Shown: piece by piece, positions 44,281 through 54,448 of the stretch
Layout of the letters: the number at the start of each line of letters is the position of its first letter
Position numbering within the stretch: the stretch's first letter is position 1
Origin: an uncultured delta proteobacterium
GTDB taxonomy: Bacteria; Desulfobacterota; Syntrophia; Syntrophales; UBA2185
Assembly: GCA_963729715.1 (NCBI GenBank)
Contig: CAVSPA010000005.1
Location: 640,001 to 704,000, forward strand
Length of the DNA stretch: 64,000 nt
Reading direction: 5' to 3'
Made by a program: the position numbers and the translations under genes
Notes under the pieces: model-generated
What the model was told of the DNA's origin: nothing
The model's input: only the letters and a program-made list of their open reading frames with translations
The model's database searches: none

Positions 44281-44331
44281 AAAAGAGGCACTCAGGTCTA
44301 TAGGCAACTATAGACGAGTGCCTTTTGCTTT
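44281..44331 (+). terminator. Terminator downstream of csp
   Basis: AGGCACTC..GTCTATAG-GCAA-CTATAGAC-GAGTGCCT then TTTGCTTT. Confidence 0.7.
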
Positions 44332-44449
44332 GTATGAGACTACACGCAAATAGCGCCATTGTAACTCATTTCAGTTACGACTTGGGATCGGTCATAAACG
44401 ATGAGTCCGGCTCCTTAGGCGGGCAGCTCGAGATGCAGGAGAATAAATC

Positions 44450-45022
44450 ATGCACAAACTTTCAATTTCTCTTTTCGCGGCTATTACTATTATTCTTATG
44501 ATAGCACTGAACTATGAATACAGATTTGTAGGGGACACTTCTTTATATCAAGAAGCCCGTGACAACAGAATAGAGAAGGCTATAGTGAAATCTGTAGTAT
44601 GGGCTACCGACGAACAGATTCGCAGATTGGCTCTGATTATAGAGAAGAAATATGGCAGCCAAATCGAGCAGATTTCAAGAAAGTATTACGCTTCCCCGGA
44701 AGATATCAAGGCTATTGCTATTGTCGAGTCTTTGACTGATGAGAATGCCGAGTCTAGTGTCGGCGCTGTAGGCCTGATGGGAGTTAAGCGAACAACGGGC
44801 AAGGAAATGGGTTTTGATAATATCGAGGGTCCCCTAAATAACCTTAAGGCCGGAACAAAATACTACAAGATGTTGCTCAAAAAATTTAAGGACCGAGAAC
44901 TGGCTTTGGCAGCCTATAACCTTGGTCCAGGTGAAGTGGGAAACAGATTGAACAATGGATTTGACCCTGAAACAATCGCCTATATCTGGAAAATCAGAAG
45001 AGTAAGCCGGCTCGTTATTTGA
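44450..45022 (+). CDS. Lytic transglycosylase (SLT domain) with N-terminal membrane anchor
   Basis: AIAIVES (catalytic Glu), GAVGLMG, NLKAGTKYY, ALAAYNLGPG. Confidence 0.88.
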   Translation: MHKLSISLFAAITIILMIALNYEYRFVGDTSLYQEARDNRIEKAIVKSVVWATDEQIRRLALIIEKKYGSQIEQISRKYYASPEDIKAIAIVESLTDENAESSVGAVGLMGVKRTTGKEMGFDNIEGPLNNLKAGTKYYKMLLKKFKDRELALAAYNLGPGEVGNRLNNGFDPETIAYIWKIRRVSRLVI

Positions 45023-45088
45023 AAGATGTGATGGGCTTCCCTCGCACCAACTTTCTTTAGGTCCTTAACCATTCCCCTTTGATTTCAT

Positions 45089-45220
45089 TTAGCACTTGAT
45101 TTCTGTATGGTAAGCTTGCAGGGATTTGGCATGGCCGTGTCCCTCGCGATTGGCCGCTATCCCCTTGGCAGCGGCAATGGCTGCCGCCACCGTAGTAATG
45201 TAGGGGATCTTGTGCTTGAT
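45089..45220 (-). pseudogene. Orphan C-terminal fragment resembling carbamoyl-phosphate synthase large subunit
   Basis: Translates IKHKIPYITTVAAAIAAAKGIAANREGHGHAKSLQAYHTEIKC*, like the CarB MGS-domain end (PYxTT, KSLQxYH); no upstream gene body. Confidence 0.75.
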
Positions 45221-45229
45221 TTCCCGGTA

Positions 45230-45258
45230 TTGACACCCCTACCTTTATTCATTATACT
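45230..45258 (+). promoter_or_regulatory. Sigma70-type promoter of the ABC-F gene
   Basis: TTGACA-17 nt-TATACT. Confidence 0.7.
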
Positions 45259-45296
45259 CCCCAGCCTGAAATATAGTTAATATCGGTATTTAATCA

Positions 45297-47330
45297 GTGA
45301 TTTATCTAAACAACATCTCCTTGTCCTTCGCTGACAACACGATCTTCGATGGCATCACTTGGATGATTCCGGAAAAAAGTAGGATCGGACTCGTAGGGGA
45401 TAATGGCACCGGGAAGACCACATTGTTCAGGGCTATCCTGGGGATGGTAGATATAGATCAGGGCAGCATAGAGATTCCGAATAGAAGGAACAGGACAATC
45501 GGCTACCTGCTCCAGGATCTGGTAGAACTGGAGCCCTTCCCCCTGATTGACTATCTCAGGAAGAAAAGTGGCATAGACGATATCGAACATACTCTGAAAG
45601 ATCATGAGAGGCGCATGTCCCAGTGTGATCCGGACTCGGCCGAGTATCAGGAGATAATGAAGGCATACGAAGTCGCGACTGCCCGCTATCAGGCCGCCGA
45701 AGGATACCGATTCGACGCAAAGGCGAAACAGATACTAAACGGCTTCGGGTTCCGGGAAAAGGATTTCTCTAAGAACTGCACTGAATTTTCCGGTGGCTGG
45801 AAGATGCGCATCCTGATAGCGCTGATCTTACTATCCGCCCCGGATATCATGCTCCTCGACGAGCCGACCAATCACCTCGATACGGAAAGCATGGAGTGGC
45901 TGGAGAGCTATCTGAAAAATTACCACGGTACTCTGCTTGCGATTGCCCACGACCGCGTGTTCCTCGACAAAATGGTCCATCAGATCGTCGAGCTCGCCAA
46001 TCATCGACTCACCGTATACAAGGGAAACTACTCTTACTATCTCGCGGAAAAGGAACGGCGTCTGGAGGCCCTGAAAAAGCAGATGGCCCTTCAGCGTGGA
46101 GAGATCAAGAAGACACAGGAATTCATCGAGCGGTTCCGGTATAAAGCCACCAAGGCCAAGCAGGTCCAGAGCCGCATCAAGATGCTCGAACGGTTTGAAG
46201 TCATTGAAAGTGAAAGAAGCAGGAGGCAGGTTCATATCAGATTTCCCGAAGCGCCGAAAAGCGGCAGGGACGTTGTATCTGCAAGGCGGGTCTCCAAGAA
46301 CTATGGGGACCTCTCAGTTTTCAATCCCTTTGACCTGACAATCTACAGGGGTGAAAAGATCGCTCTTGTTGGTGTCAACGGGGCAGGTAAATCCACCTTG
46401 GCCAGGATTCTCGCCGGTACGGAAGATCCGTCTTCCGGTATGGTTACCTATGGCCTCAACGTGAGCATGGCCTTCTTTTCTCAGGAAAGCGCAGAGAATC
46501 TCGACTATGGGCGTACCATCTGGGACGATGTCTCTCTGACCGGCCGTCGCAGTAATGATCAGGGAAAAAGGAACCTCTTGGGGACTTTTCTCTTCTCCGG
46601 GAATGACATCTATAAGGATATTTCCGTGCTCTCCGGCGGAGAGAAGTCGCGTCTTGCCCTGCTGAAAATTCTTCTCCAGGATTCCAATTTCCTGATCCTC
46701 GACGAACCCACCAATCATCTCGACCTCAAGACGAAAGAGATCCTCCAGAATGCCCTGCTCGGGTACACAGGCACGGTGGTAATAGTTTCCCACGACCGTT
46801 TCTTCCTGGATCGCCTCGTCACCAGGGTGATCGAGATTCGCGATGGGCGATGCTACGAATATCTTGGCAACTACTCCTACTTCATCCAGAAGCGCGGTGA
46901 AATGGCCGCGGCGATCATGGGCACAGACGGCGCCTCAGTAGCCGGTAATCCACCTGCAACGGCTTCACCGCCTGAAGTGAGTGAGACGACGCCCGGCCGG
47001 AGGCCCTTTAAGACGAAGGACGAAAAACGGCTGGAGGCTGAGGAAAGAAACCGGCTTTCGCGAATTATGAGCGACTTTAAAAAGAAACTGAAGGCGCTGG
47101 AGAATCAGATTATCCAGCTCGAAGAGAAGAAGGCGGATAACGAAAAGATTCTTTGTGAGCCTAACATTCACAAGGAACCGCAGAAGATCAAAATGCTGAA
47201 TCAGGAGCTGCATGATATCACCAGGGAACTCGAATATCTGTATGTTTCATGGGACACTGTTACACAAGAAATTGAAGCCCACGAAGCCGAAGGCGGCGTC
47301 ATCATACAGGATAGTTGCTCAGGACTGTAA
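45297..47330 (+). CDS. ABC-F family ATPase (ribosome-associated)
   Basis: Two NBDs (GDNGTGKTT, FSGGW, LLDEPTNHLD; GVNGAGKST, LSGGEK), no TM, C-terminal coiled coil. Confidence 0.93.
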   Translation: MIYLNNISLSFADNTIFDGITWMIPEKSRIGLVGDNGTGKTTLFRAILGMVDIDQGSIEIPNRRNRTIGYLLQDLVELEPFPLIDYLRKKSGIDDIEHTLKDHERRMSQCDPDSAEYQEIMKAYEVATARYQAAEGYRFDAKAKQILNGFGFREKDFSKNCTEFSGGWKMRILIALILLSAPDIMLLDEPTNHLDTESMEWLESYLKNYHGTLLAIAHDRVFLDKMVHQIVELANHRLTVYKGNYSYYLAEKERRLEALKKQMALQRGEIKKTQEFIERFRYKATKAKQVQSRIKMLERFEVIESERSRRQVHIRFPEAPKSGRDVVSARRVSKNYGDLSVFNPFDLTIYRGEKIALVGVNGAGKSTLARILAGTEDPSSGMVTYGLNVSMAFFSQESAENLDYGRTIWDDVSLTGRRSNDQGKRNLLGTFLFSGNDIYKDISVLSGGEKSRLALLKILLQDSNFLILDEPTNHLDLKTKEILQNALLGYTGTVVIVSHDRFFLDRLVTRVIEIRDGRCYEYLGNYSYFIQKRGEMAAAIMGTDGASVAGNPPATASPPEVSETTPGRRPFKTKDEKRLEAEERNRLSRIMSDFKKKLKALENQIIQLEEKKADNEKILCEPNIHKEPQKIKMLNQELHDITRELEYLYVSWDTVTQEIEAHEAEGGVIIQDSCSGL

Positions 47331-47375
47331 CTGTGCCGATACAACAGAACATATCAGCGCGGGTGGATACTACCT

Positions 47376-47759
47376 GTGAAGACTCTAAAGCTGAGCGAGA
47401 CGGAAATTGATCGGGCTATAAAAAGGGCGATTGCACGGATCCCATCAGAAATAAAGCACCATCTGAAAAATGTCGTCATTTCCGTTCAGAAGCGTCCTTC
47501 TAAGGAAATTCTCGAGGAGATAGGCCTCCATCGGAATGAACCTTTGCCCGGCATGTACAGGGGTACGGCACTCGTGGATCGTTCCGTGTTCTATCCGCCT
47601 CTTTACCCGGACGCCATTATTCTGTTTCAGGAGCCTCTGGAAAAAATGTGCAACACGATAGACGAACTTGAGGAACAAATAGAAATTACCGTGGTGCATG
47701 AAATCGCTCATTTTCTGGGGATGAGCGAGGAAAGGCTTGCGGAGCTCGGATACGGCTGA
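47376..47759 (+). CDS. Minimal zincin-like metallopeptidase
   Basis: GMYRG, PDAIILFQEP, TVVHEIAHFLG, LAELGYG. Confidence 0.88.
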   Translation: MKTLKLSETEIDRAIKRAIARIPSEIKHHLKNVVISVQKRPSKEILEEIGLHRNEPLPGMYRGTALVDRSVFYPPLYPDAIILFQEPLEKMCNTIDELEEQIEITVVHEIAHFLGMSEERLAELGYG

Positions 47760-47857
47760 GCCACTGCTTCTGCAGTCAGACGAAATGGAGAAAAGAAAAG
47801 GCGGTCGAAGAATCCTCCCACCGCCCGTGAAATCGATCAATCACCTTGTTCTGAGAA

Positions 47858-48294
47858 TCACACCAACTCAACTTTAATAGGAGTTACACAGGCGAGATTA
47901 TCCGATACAGGACACCTGCTTTCTATTTCATGCACGAAGGCCTCTTTTTCCTCCTTCGTCATCTCGGCATCGATGCTTAACGTAACATTTATACCCTCGG
48001 CTCCGGGCCTGTTCTCCTTGCTCTTGCCAAGTATCGTCTCCTGATCAAATGTCCCCTCAACCCTCATCTGCATGCCGTTCAATTTGTACCTCTTCTTGAT
48101 GGCAATGATTCTTGCCACCGTGGCGATGCAGCCCGCGAGGGACGTGAACATATATTCGATGGGGTTCGGTCCCGCATCTTTCCCGCCGCTGTTGTCGGCT
48201 GGTCGACGTAGAGAGTATGGTTTCCCGCCTTTACTTCGCCCTTGAATCTATCATCAGACTTTGCCTCGATGCTTACTGTTTTCATCTTTGCCAT
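47858..48294 (-). pseudogene. OsmC/Ohr-family protein split by a frameshift near 48180-48190
   Basis: 5' frame ...HTLYVDQPTTA continues in the -1 frame as GGKDAGPNPIEYMFTSLAGC...RCPVSDNL; both catalytic Cys in the second frame. Confidence 0.85.
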
Positions 48295-48341
48295 GGTATT
48301 TTCTCCTGACGTTATTTTTTATGTCGCGCTTGGTCGTTCCA

Positions 48342-49271
48342 TCAGAACGATCCGCTGAGCCTCTCTGCAAATTCCTCAGGACCGAACCTATAGTCCTGCG
48401 TTCCATAAGTCTCCACGGCAAAGGAGGCGCAAACGCTCCCCATCCTCGCGCACTCTTCGATATCCTTGCCTTGAATCAGTCCGCTTATCAGCCCGCCCCT
48501 GTATGAATCACCGGCGCCTGTCGGGTCTTCCACCTTCCTCGGCTTAACGGCGGGAATATTTATTTCACCGCCCAGCGTGAGAACCTGCGAACCTTTCTCC
48601 CCCAAGGTGACAATAACAGTCCCGGCCCGCCGTATCAAATCCTTCCTGTCTAAGGCGGTCTTGCACATGATCAGGTCCAGTTCATAATCATTGGATATCA
48701 GTATCCGGCAACCATCTATGGCATTTGCAATATCCGCGGCAGCGAGCACTGGCAGAGATTGTCCGGGATCAAAGATGTAGCCGATTCCTCTTTGCTTGCA
48801 GATACGCGGATAGTTCACCATGTCTCCAAGATTACCGGGAGAGATGATGGCGATGGTATCCTCAGGATTGAGCTTGTCGAAATCGAGAGATGAAGAATGC
48901 TTCATGGCGCCGGGATTAAAGCCGGTAATCTGATTGTCGGCAAGGTCGGTGGTTATGTAAGCGCATGCGGTGAATTCATCTTCTATGATTTTGATGCCGT
49001 CCGTGGAAATATCATTCTTCGCCATCCAGTCGAAGTATCTGTGATGATCATGACCGATAGCAGCGGAGATGTCCGGCTTTTCGCCTACGAGAGACAGGGC
49101 GTAGGCAATATTTCCCGCCGTACCGCCGAATTTCTCCCTCATGCCGTTGACCTGGAAGCAAACGTTCAAGACGTGTATCTTCCCGGGAAGGATGTGATCC
49201 GAGAAGTGTCCCGGAAAATCCATGATCCTGTCATACGCCAGTGACCCGGAAACGATTATCTTCATATTCAT
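48342..49271 (-). CDS. PfkB-family kinase (adenosine kinase-like)
   Basis: SGSLAYDRIM, FGGTAGNIAY, FDPGQ, NDYE, DPTGAGDSYRGG. Confidence 0.9.
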   Translation of the reverse strand: MNMKIIVSGSLAYDRIMDFPGHFSDHILPGKIHVLNVCFQVNGMREKFGGTAGNIAYALSLVGEKPDISAAIGHDHHRYFDWMAKNDISTDGIKIIEDEFTACAYITTDLADNQITGFNPGAMKHSSSLDFDKLNPEDTIAIISPGNLGDMVNYPRICKQRGIGYIFDPGQSLPVLAAADIANAIDGCRILISNDYELDLIMCKTALDRKDLIRRAGTVIVTLGEKGSQVLTLGGEINIPAVKPRKVEDPTGAGDSYRGGLISGLIQGKDIEECARMGSVCASFAVETYGTQDYRFGPEEFAERLSGSF

Positions 49272-49278
49272 GGGCCTC

Positions 49279-49653
49279 TTAAATCAAGTCGAAGTCGCCA
49301 TCATGGATGCAACGTAACCACTCGTGCGCACTGGGTTCAGTTGATGGGAACCGGGACATCTTGGAATCGTCGATGATCTGATCAACTGTGATGATACACA
49401 CAGGCCAGCCGGGAAAGCCGTGCCGGACATGACAGTTATCATTTATCCGATAGGCGAGGAATTTCTTCCTGCTGCAGAATATCCGGTATCTCCTGTTACG
49501 GCGCTTGATGCGGAGTGTCTGATCGAGCCATCCGTTACTTTCAAAAACGCCGACAAGATTCTGGAGCACTTCCTGCGATTTAATTTCTCCATGATCGCTA
49601 AGCGGCTTATTTGTAGTTATCATGTTCACTATTCCGTTCTTTTGGTAATTCAC
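49279..49653 (-). CDS. Hypothetical protein
   Basis: Fills the gap, co-oriented and 7 nt upstream of the kinase; no recognised motif; start uncertain. Confidence 0.55.
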   Translation of the reverse strand: MNYQKNGIVNMITTNKPLSDHGEIKSQEVLQNLVGVFESNGWLDQTLRIKRRNRRYRIFCSRKKFLAYRINDNCHVRHGFPGWPVCIITVDQIIDDSKMSRFPSTEPSAHEWLRCIHDGDFDLI

Positions 49654-49880
49654 TTCTGCCCAGAGAAGTAAATAAAATGCATTTGAATGTCAAGGGCTAT
49701 TTGGGAAGATCAGATATAGCGCTATCGCGGACGCAGCTCAACTGCCGTCATATTCCGATTGAGAAAGCCCGTTGCAATCCCAAACAAAATTGACCGTTTA
49801 TAAAAAAGGTGATAACCTCATTCGCTCGTTGCAATTGTAGGCGGAACCGTTCAGATAGACGTGGGAGGTATTGTTTATCC

Positions 49881-50561
49881 ATGACGAGTGCGAAAGCTAT
49901 CTTTGACGAATGGCCTGAAAAATATGACCAATGGTTCACGACCCCTATCGGTTCCCTCGTAAGAAAATATGAAAGCGAACTGATATTGGACTTCTTGAAA
50001 CCGGCTTCAGGAGAAATGATCCTTGATGCAGGCTGCGGCACAGGGGTGTTTACGCATGATATCGTTTCGTCTGGATCACAGGTCATAGGGCTCGATATAT
50101 CTTTTCCGATGCTCAGGCGCGCAAGGGAAAAATCCGGAGGCGTTCGCTTCTATCCCATACGGGGCGATATATCAACCCTGTCCTTCCGTGACGAGTCCTT
50201 TGACAAGGTTGTTTCCGTTACTGCCCTTGAGTTTATTGACGATGCCAAGGGCGCTGTGGTCGAGTTGTTTCGCGTTGCGAAAAAAGGCGGCATCGTTGTC
50301 GTGGCAACACTCAACAGCCGGAGCCCTTGGGCAGCGCGCAGAAAGGAGGAGGCAAGAAAAGAACATGCCATTTTCAGTAAGGCCGTCTTGAGATCTCCTG
50401 ACGACTTGCTTGCCCTTTCACCCGCCCGTGGCGTGGCGAGAACGGCCATCCATTTTCATAAAGGCGATTCGCCTGAAAAAGCTGTGGAGACGGAGCGTGA
50501 AGGTCAGACCATGGGATCGATGGCAGGCGCGTTTGCCGCGGTGCAATGGCTCAAGCCCTGA
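49881..50561 (+). CDS. Class I SAM-dependent methyltransferase
   Basis: YDQWFTTPIG, ILDAGCGTG, GLDISFPML, SFDKVVSVTALEF. Confidence 0.9.
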   Translation: MTSAKAIFDEWPEKYDQWFTTPIGSLVRKYESELILDFLKPASGEMILDAGCGTGVFTHDIVSSGSQVIGLDISFPMLRRAREKSGGVRFYPIRGDISTLSFRDESFDKVVSVTALEFIDDAKGAVVELFRVAKKGGIVVVATLNSRSPWAARRKEEARKEHAIFSKAVLRSPDDLLALSPARGVARTAIHFHKGDSPEKAVETEREGQTMGSMAGAFAAVQWLKP

Positions 50562-50758
50562 GGCATAAATCCATTCCCGTTTCAGGAAATTATCTTGCCG
50601 AAAAAATCCCGCACCCGCGGGAACAGTTTTTTTAGCAGAACGTTCATTTTTTTCTATACCGTGATTGAGAAAAGAAGTATGTATAAGCCCGCGACGGAAA
50701 GAAAAGGAAAGTCGCACAAATTACGGCTTACCCAAAGCAATGGAAAGAGAGTTTATAA

Positions 50759-52849
50759 ATGCAGAATTTTTTTGACCCTTCTTCAGTGGCTCTCATTGGT
50801 GTCCCCCGCAACACCGGCAGCGGGACCTTCAACAATGCGGAAGTAATGATGCGTTACGGCTATGAAGGGAAGATATTCCCCATAAATCCAAACGCCAGCG
50901 AGATCTGCGGACTCAGGGCATATCCTTCCATAGCCGATGTCCCGGAAGTGGTAGACCTTGCGGTGATATCCGTTGGCCGAGAACGGGTCATTCCGATGCT
51001 GGATCAGTGCATTGCCGTGGGTGTAAGCCGGATCATCATAATTACCCAGGGTTTTGCCGACGCAGACGAAAAAGGTAAGAAGCTGCAGGAAGAGATTGTA
51101 AGGCGGGCAAAAGCGAACGGCGTGCGCATTCTGGGTCCCAATACAATGGGTGTTCTCAACAATTTCAAAAAATTTACCACCTCTTTTATCGATGTGGTTT
51201 ATCCAGAGACGTTTTCGCCTGTCTCGTTGATTGCACAGACGGGGCTCTTCCAGGTCGCATCGCAGGACATGGCATATAAACATTGGGGCAAGGCAGTCGA
51301 TATAGGCAACGGTTGCGACATCGATGAGGTGGATGCCCTCTCGTATCTAGCTGACGACCCGGAAACCAAATTTATTGTCGTTCATATGGAAGGGATTAAA
51401 CGGGGTGCCGATTTTCTGAAACTTGCGGCACGGACAAGCTGCAAGAAACCGGTTATTCTGTTCAAGACGGGCCGCAGCCAGGCCGGAGCAAAGGCGGCGC
51501 TCTCTCATACAGGGTCTTTGGTGGGGGAAGATCATGTCTTTGACGCCGTCTGCAGTAGGGCTGGTTTGATCCGGGTAAGAGGCAGTGCTGAATTGAAAGA
51601 TGCGATTCGAGCCCTCGTTCAGATGGGGGAGATGGAAGGCTCGCGGCTCGGCGTGGTGACAGCTTCCGGGGCGTTCGGTATAATGACGGCGGACGCCTGC
51701 GAAGATTACGGCCTGGAGTTGGCGAGACTTCCCGATGGCCTGGCAGATAAACTTTTAACAGGCTTGCCGGACTGGATCTCTGTAAGCAATCCGATAGATA
51801 TCTGGCCCATCGGCATGATAGGCGGCAATTACACCGGCGCATACGGCACAGCGCTGAAGGAACTGCTCCGCTCCCGGGACGTTGATGGAGTCCTGGGCGT
51901 ATTGCCCGTGCCGGACTCTCCACTCCATCGGAATCTCAACATGGTTGAATGTATAAAGGATGCAAGGAACAACTCAGGCAATATGAAGCCCCTGGCACTT
52001 TGGCCATATCTGGATGTTTCCTCTTTCATCGATAAATTTGAGAGCGTTCCGGGTGTGGCCTGTTTTGATACCGTGGAACAGGCTGTCAAAGGGCTTGCAT
52101 TCTGCTACAGATATCACCAGGCGAAGAAGCGCAACACTCCCGTTCAGAGGCAGTTTCCCGTCGATCTTGAGAAGCTGCGGCCTCTCGCCGAGAAGGGCAG
52201 ATCGCAGAAACTGTTGGTCGGAGATGAAGCGCTGATGCTCTTGGATCTCTTCGGTATCCCCGTTGTCAAGAGCGACATCGCCAGAAGTCGCAAGGATTTG
52301 GAAAACATCGCATCGTCAATGACCTACCCGCTTGTACTGAAGTTGACCGGAGCCGCATTCCTGCACAAGACGGAGTGGGGAGGCGTTGTTACGGGAATCA
52401 GGGATTTGAAAGATCTCCAGCGTGCGTTTGACCGGATCGTTCATAATGTCAGCACGCGTCAACCGGATGTGAAAGTTGAAACCGTTCTGGTTCAGGAACA
52501 GATCCATGGGCACGAATTGCTCCTGGGTTTGAAGAGGGACCATGAATTCGGCCACGTTATCGCCTGCGGCCTTGGCGGTATTTATACTGAAGTTTTCAAG
52601 GACATCAGTCGGTCAATTGTCCCTGTCGATCAGGAAGAGGCGGAAGGTATGCTCGCGTCTCTCAAGATAGCGCCCATATTGAAAGGCCTGAGGGGTGAGG
52701 CAGCGATTGACTGGACGGGTCTCGTGGAAATTTTGGAAAGACTATCGTTTCTTGCAAGCACACTATCGGATATCTCGGAGCTGGACATCAATCCTGTTAT
52801 AGCGACAAGCAGCAAATGTATTGCGGTGGATGCCCGGATATTGTGGTAG
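50759..52849 (+). CDS. ADP-forming acyl/acetate-CoA ligase family (CoA-binding plus ATP-grasp fusion)
   Basis: FFDPSSVALIG, RILGPNTMG, SHTGSL, NPID, HKTEWGGV, ELDINP. Confidence 0.9.
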   Translation: MQNFFDPSSVALIGVPRNTGSGTFNNAEVMMRYGYEGKIFPINPNASEICGLRAYPSIADVPEVVDLAVISVGRERVIPMLDQCIAVGVSRIIIITQGFADADEKGKKLQEEIVRRAKANGVRILGPNTMGVLNNFKKFTTSFIDVVYPETFSPVSLIAQTGLFQVASQDMAYKHWGKAVDIGNGCDIDEVDALSYLADDPETKFIVVHMEGIKRGADFLKLAARTSCKKPVILFKTGRSQAGAKAALSHTGSLVGEDHVFDAVCSRAGLIRVRGSAELKDAIRALVQMGEMEGSRLGVVTASGAFGIMTADACEDYGLELARLPDGLADKLLTGLPDWISVSNPIDIWPIGMIGGNYTGAYGTALKELLRSRDVDGVLGVLPVPDSPLHRNLNMVECIKDARNNSGNMKPLALWPYLDVSSFIDKFESVPGVACFDTVEQAVKGLAFCYRYHQAKKRNTPVQRQFPVDLEKLRPLAEKGRSQKLLVGDEALMLLDLFGIPVVKSDIARSRKDLENIASSMTYPLVLKLTGAAFLHKTEWGGVVTGIRDLKDLQRAFDRIVHNVSTRQPDVKVETVLVQEQIHGHELLLGLKRDHEFGHVIACGLGGIYTEVFKDISRSIVPVDQEEAEGMLASLKIAPILKGLRGEAAIDWTGLVEILERLSFLASTLSDISELDINPVIATSSKCIAVDARILW

Positions 52850-52937
52850 ATTATAGAAGCTGTTGTAGATACCTTAACGCGGATTAAAATCGCTGTCCCT
52901 GGTATTTCCAAACATCTCCCCAAAGGAGGAATGAAGT

Positions 52938-53423
52938 ATGAAAAATTTGGAATGGAAGAATCCACCTGAAATGCAGATTGACCCGGCCAAGAAATACAAG
53001 GCCGTCATTGAAACGGGGAGAGGTGTTATTGAATTGGTGCTATTTCCGCAACATGCTCCGAAAACCGTCAACAACTTCGTCTTTCTCGCGAAACAGGGTT
53101 TCTATGACGACGTATCCTTTCATCGGGTAATCAAAAATTTCATGATACAGGGCGGTGATCCGACAGGCACGGGAAGGGACGGTCCCGGCTATAAGTTTGA
53201 GGATGAGTTTAAGAAAAATCCCTTGAAACATGAAACAGGAGTGATCTCCATGGCGAATTCCGGGCCGAACACGAACGGAAGCCAGTTCTTCATCACGCAT
53301 TCCCCGCAGCCGCACCTGAACAGCAGACACACTGTATTCGGCAAGGTGGTAAGCGGTCAGAATGTAGTCGATGCAATTCAACAGGGAGACAAAATGCTCC
53401 GTGTGGAAATACAGGAGATATAG
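52938..53423 (+). CDS. Cyclophilin-type peptidyl-prolyl isomerase
   Basis: [46 protein letters not shown]. Confidence 0.95.
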   Translation: MKNLEWKNPPEMQIDPAKKYKAVIETGRGVIELVLFPQHAPKTVNNFVFLAKQGFYDDVSFHRVIKNFMIQGGDPTGTGRDGPGYKFEDEFKKNPLKHETGVISMANSGPNTNGSQFFITHSPQPHLNSRHTVFGKVVSGQNVVDAIQQGDKMLRVEIQEI

Positions 53424-53432
53424 AAAGCACGC

Positions 53433-53647
53433 CGCCACTGCGAGGCGCGCCGTGCCGTAGCAACCTCTCTCATTCTTGAACGTAGTGCAGACCTTCAGGT
53501 CTGCTGTAGCTGATATCCAAAACCAGTCGTCATTCTAATGCAAAGACTGTACTGCAATTCTCTTTATTGTCATTTCGAGAAGCGAGAAATCTTTGTTTAA
53601 CCTGAAAAAAGATCTAAAAGATTCGTCACACTCATTCGGATTGATAT
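53433..53647. repeat. Cluster of degenerate palindromic repeats
   Basis: GCAGACCT-TC-AGGTCTGC hairpin within 53481-53504 (related to 59726-59779); TGTCATTTCGA...TTCGGATTGATA element; CACTGCGAGG half element. Confidence 0.5.
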
Positions 53648-53699
53648 TGTTTTCGCCTCTTAGATGGGAATCTATGCACCGCTTTCGTAAAGACAGATT

Positions 53700-54293
53700 A
53701 TGCTTTTCAAGAAAAAAGACAGAATGACCAGAGACGCAGGCGTTGCCGATATCTCCGGCATTCAAGAAGAATATGGACTCAGGATTGCGACCATTATCGA
53801 TAATAACGATTGGGTGAGAACCAAGGCGCGGGAAATAGATCTGGATAAAGAACTGCATTTGGTCAAAGACCTCGATAAAATCATGAGACACATGAAAGAC
53901 CTGCATAAGTTTGTGGGCGTCAGCTCTAATAATATATACTGGAACTTGACACAGGCGCCAATCAGGCAAATACTCATTCCGACAACGGAAAGAAAATATA
54001 TCTCCCTTATAAATCCGGAAATTCTGAAGCTGGAGGGGCAGGAGAATAGCTACGTGGAGGCATGCGGTTCAGTGCCCAACAAGGTCTATATAGTCAGGAG
54101 AAAGCCGTATGTATTGATCTCCGGGTATACAACCGGGAAAGAGCGTATTGAATTGGAATACGGATCAAAGGTCTTTTACGCGGGGGAGGATCCTATATGC
54201 TCGTCATACAGCAATCCGGAATGGGTTATCCAGCACGAAATGGATCACCTTGATGGGATAACAATCCAAGACAAAGGAGCCGTCTTGATCTGA
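53700..54293 (+). CDS. Peptide deformylase-like protein, divergent
   Basis: LINPEI, EACGSV (cf. EGCLS), QHEMDHLDG; motif 1 degenerate. Confidence 0.82.
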   Translation: MLFKKKDRMTRDAGVADISGIQEEYGLRIATIIDNNDWVRTKAREIDLDKELHLVKDLDKIMRHMKDLHKFVGVSSNNIYWNLTQAPIRQILIPTTERKYISLINPEILKLEGQENSYVEACGSVPNKVYIVRRKPYVLISGYTTGKERIELEYGSKVFYAGEDPICSSYSNPEWVIQHEMDHLDGITIQDKGAVLI

Positions 54294-54448
54294 AAAGTCC
54301 TTTGTCTGCAACGTCCTGAGAGATCCCTTTATCCGACGTCTATTGTGTTACGCATAACGACTGGTAATCAATAAAAAAAGCAGAGCCATTTCTGATCGTG
54401 CCCTTTGTATTAATGACTTGATATGGTCTGATCAATTTGCAGCCTTAT

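Noticed and set aside
44340..44449. Short hairpins upstream of the lytic transglycosylase as a possible riboswitch or ribozyme
   Set aside because: No match to c-di-AMP, c-di-GMP or hammerhead cores that I can recognise.
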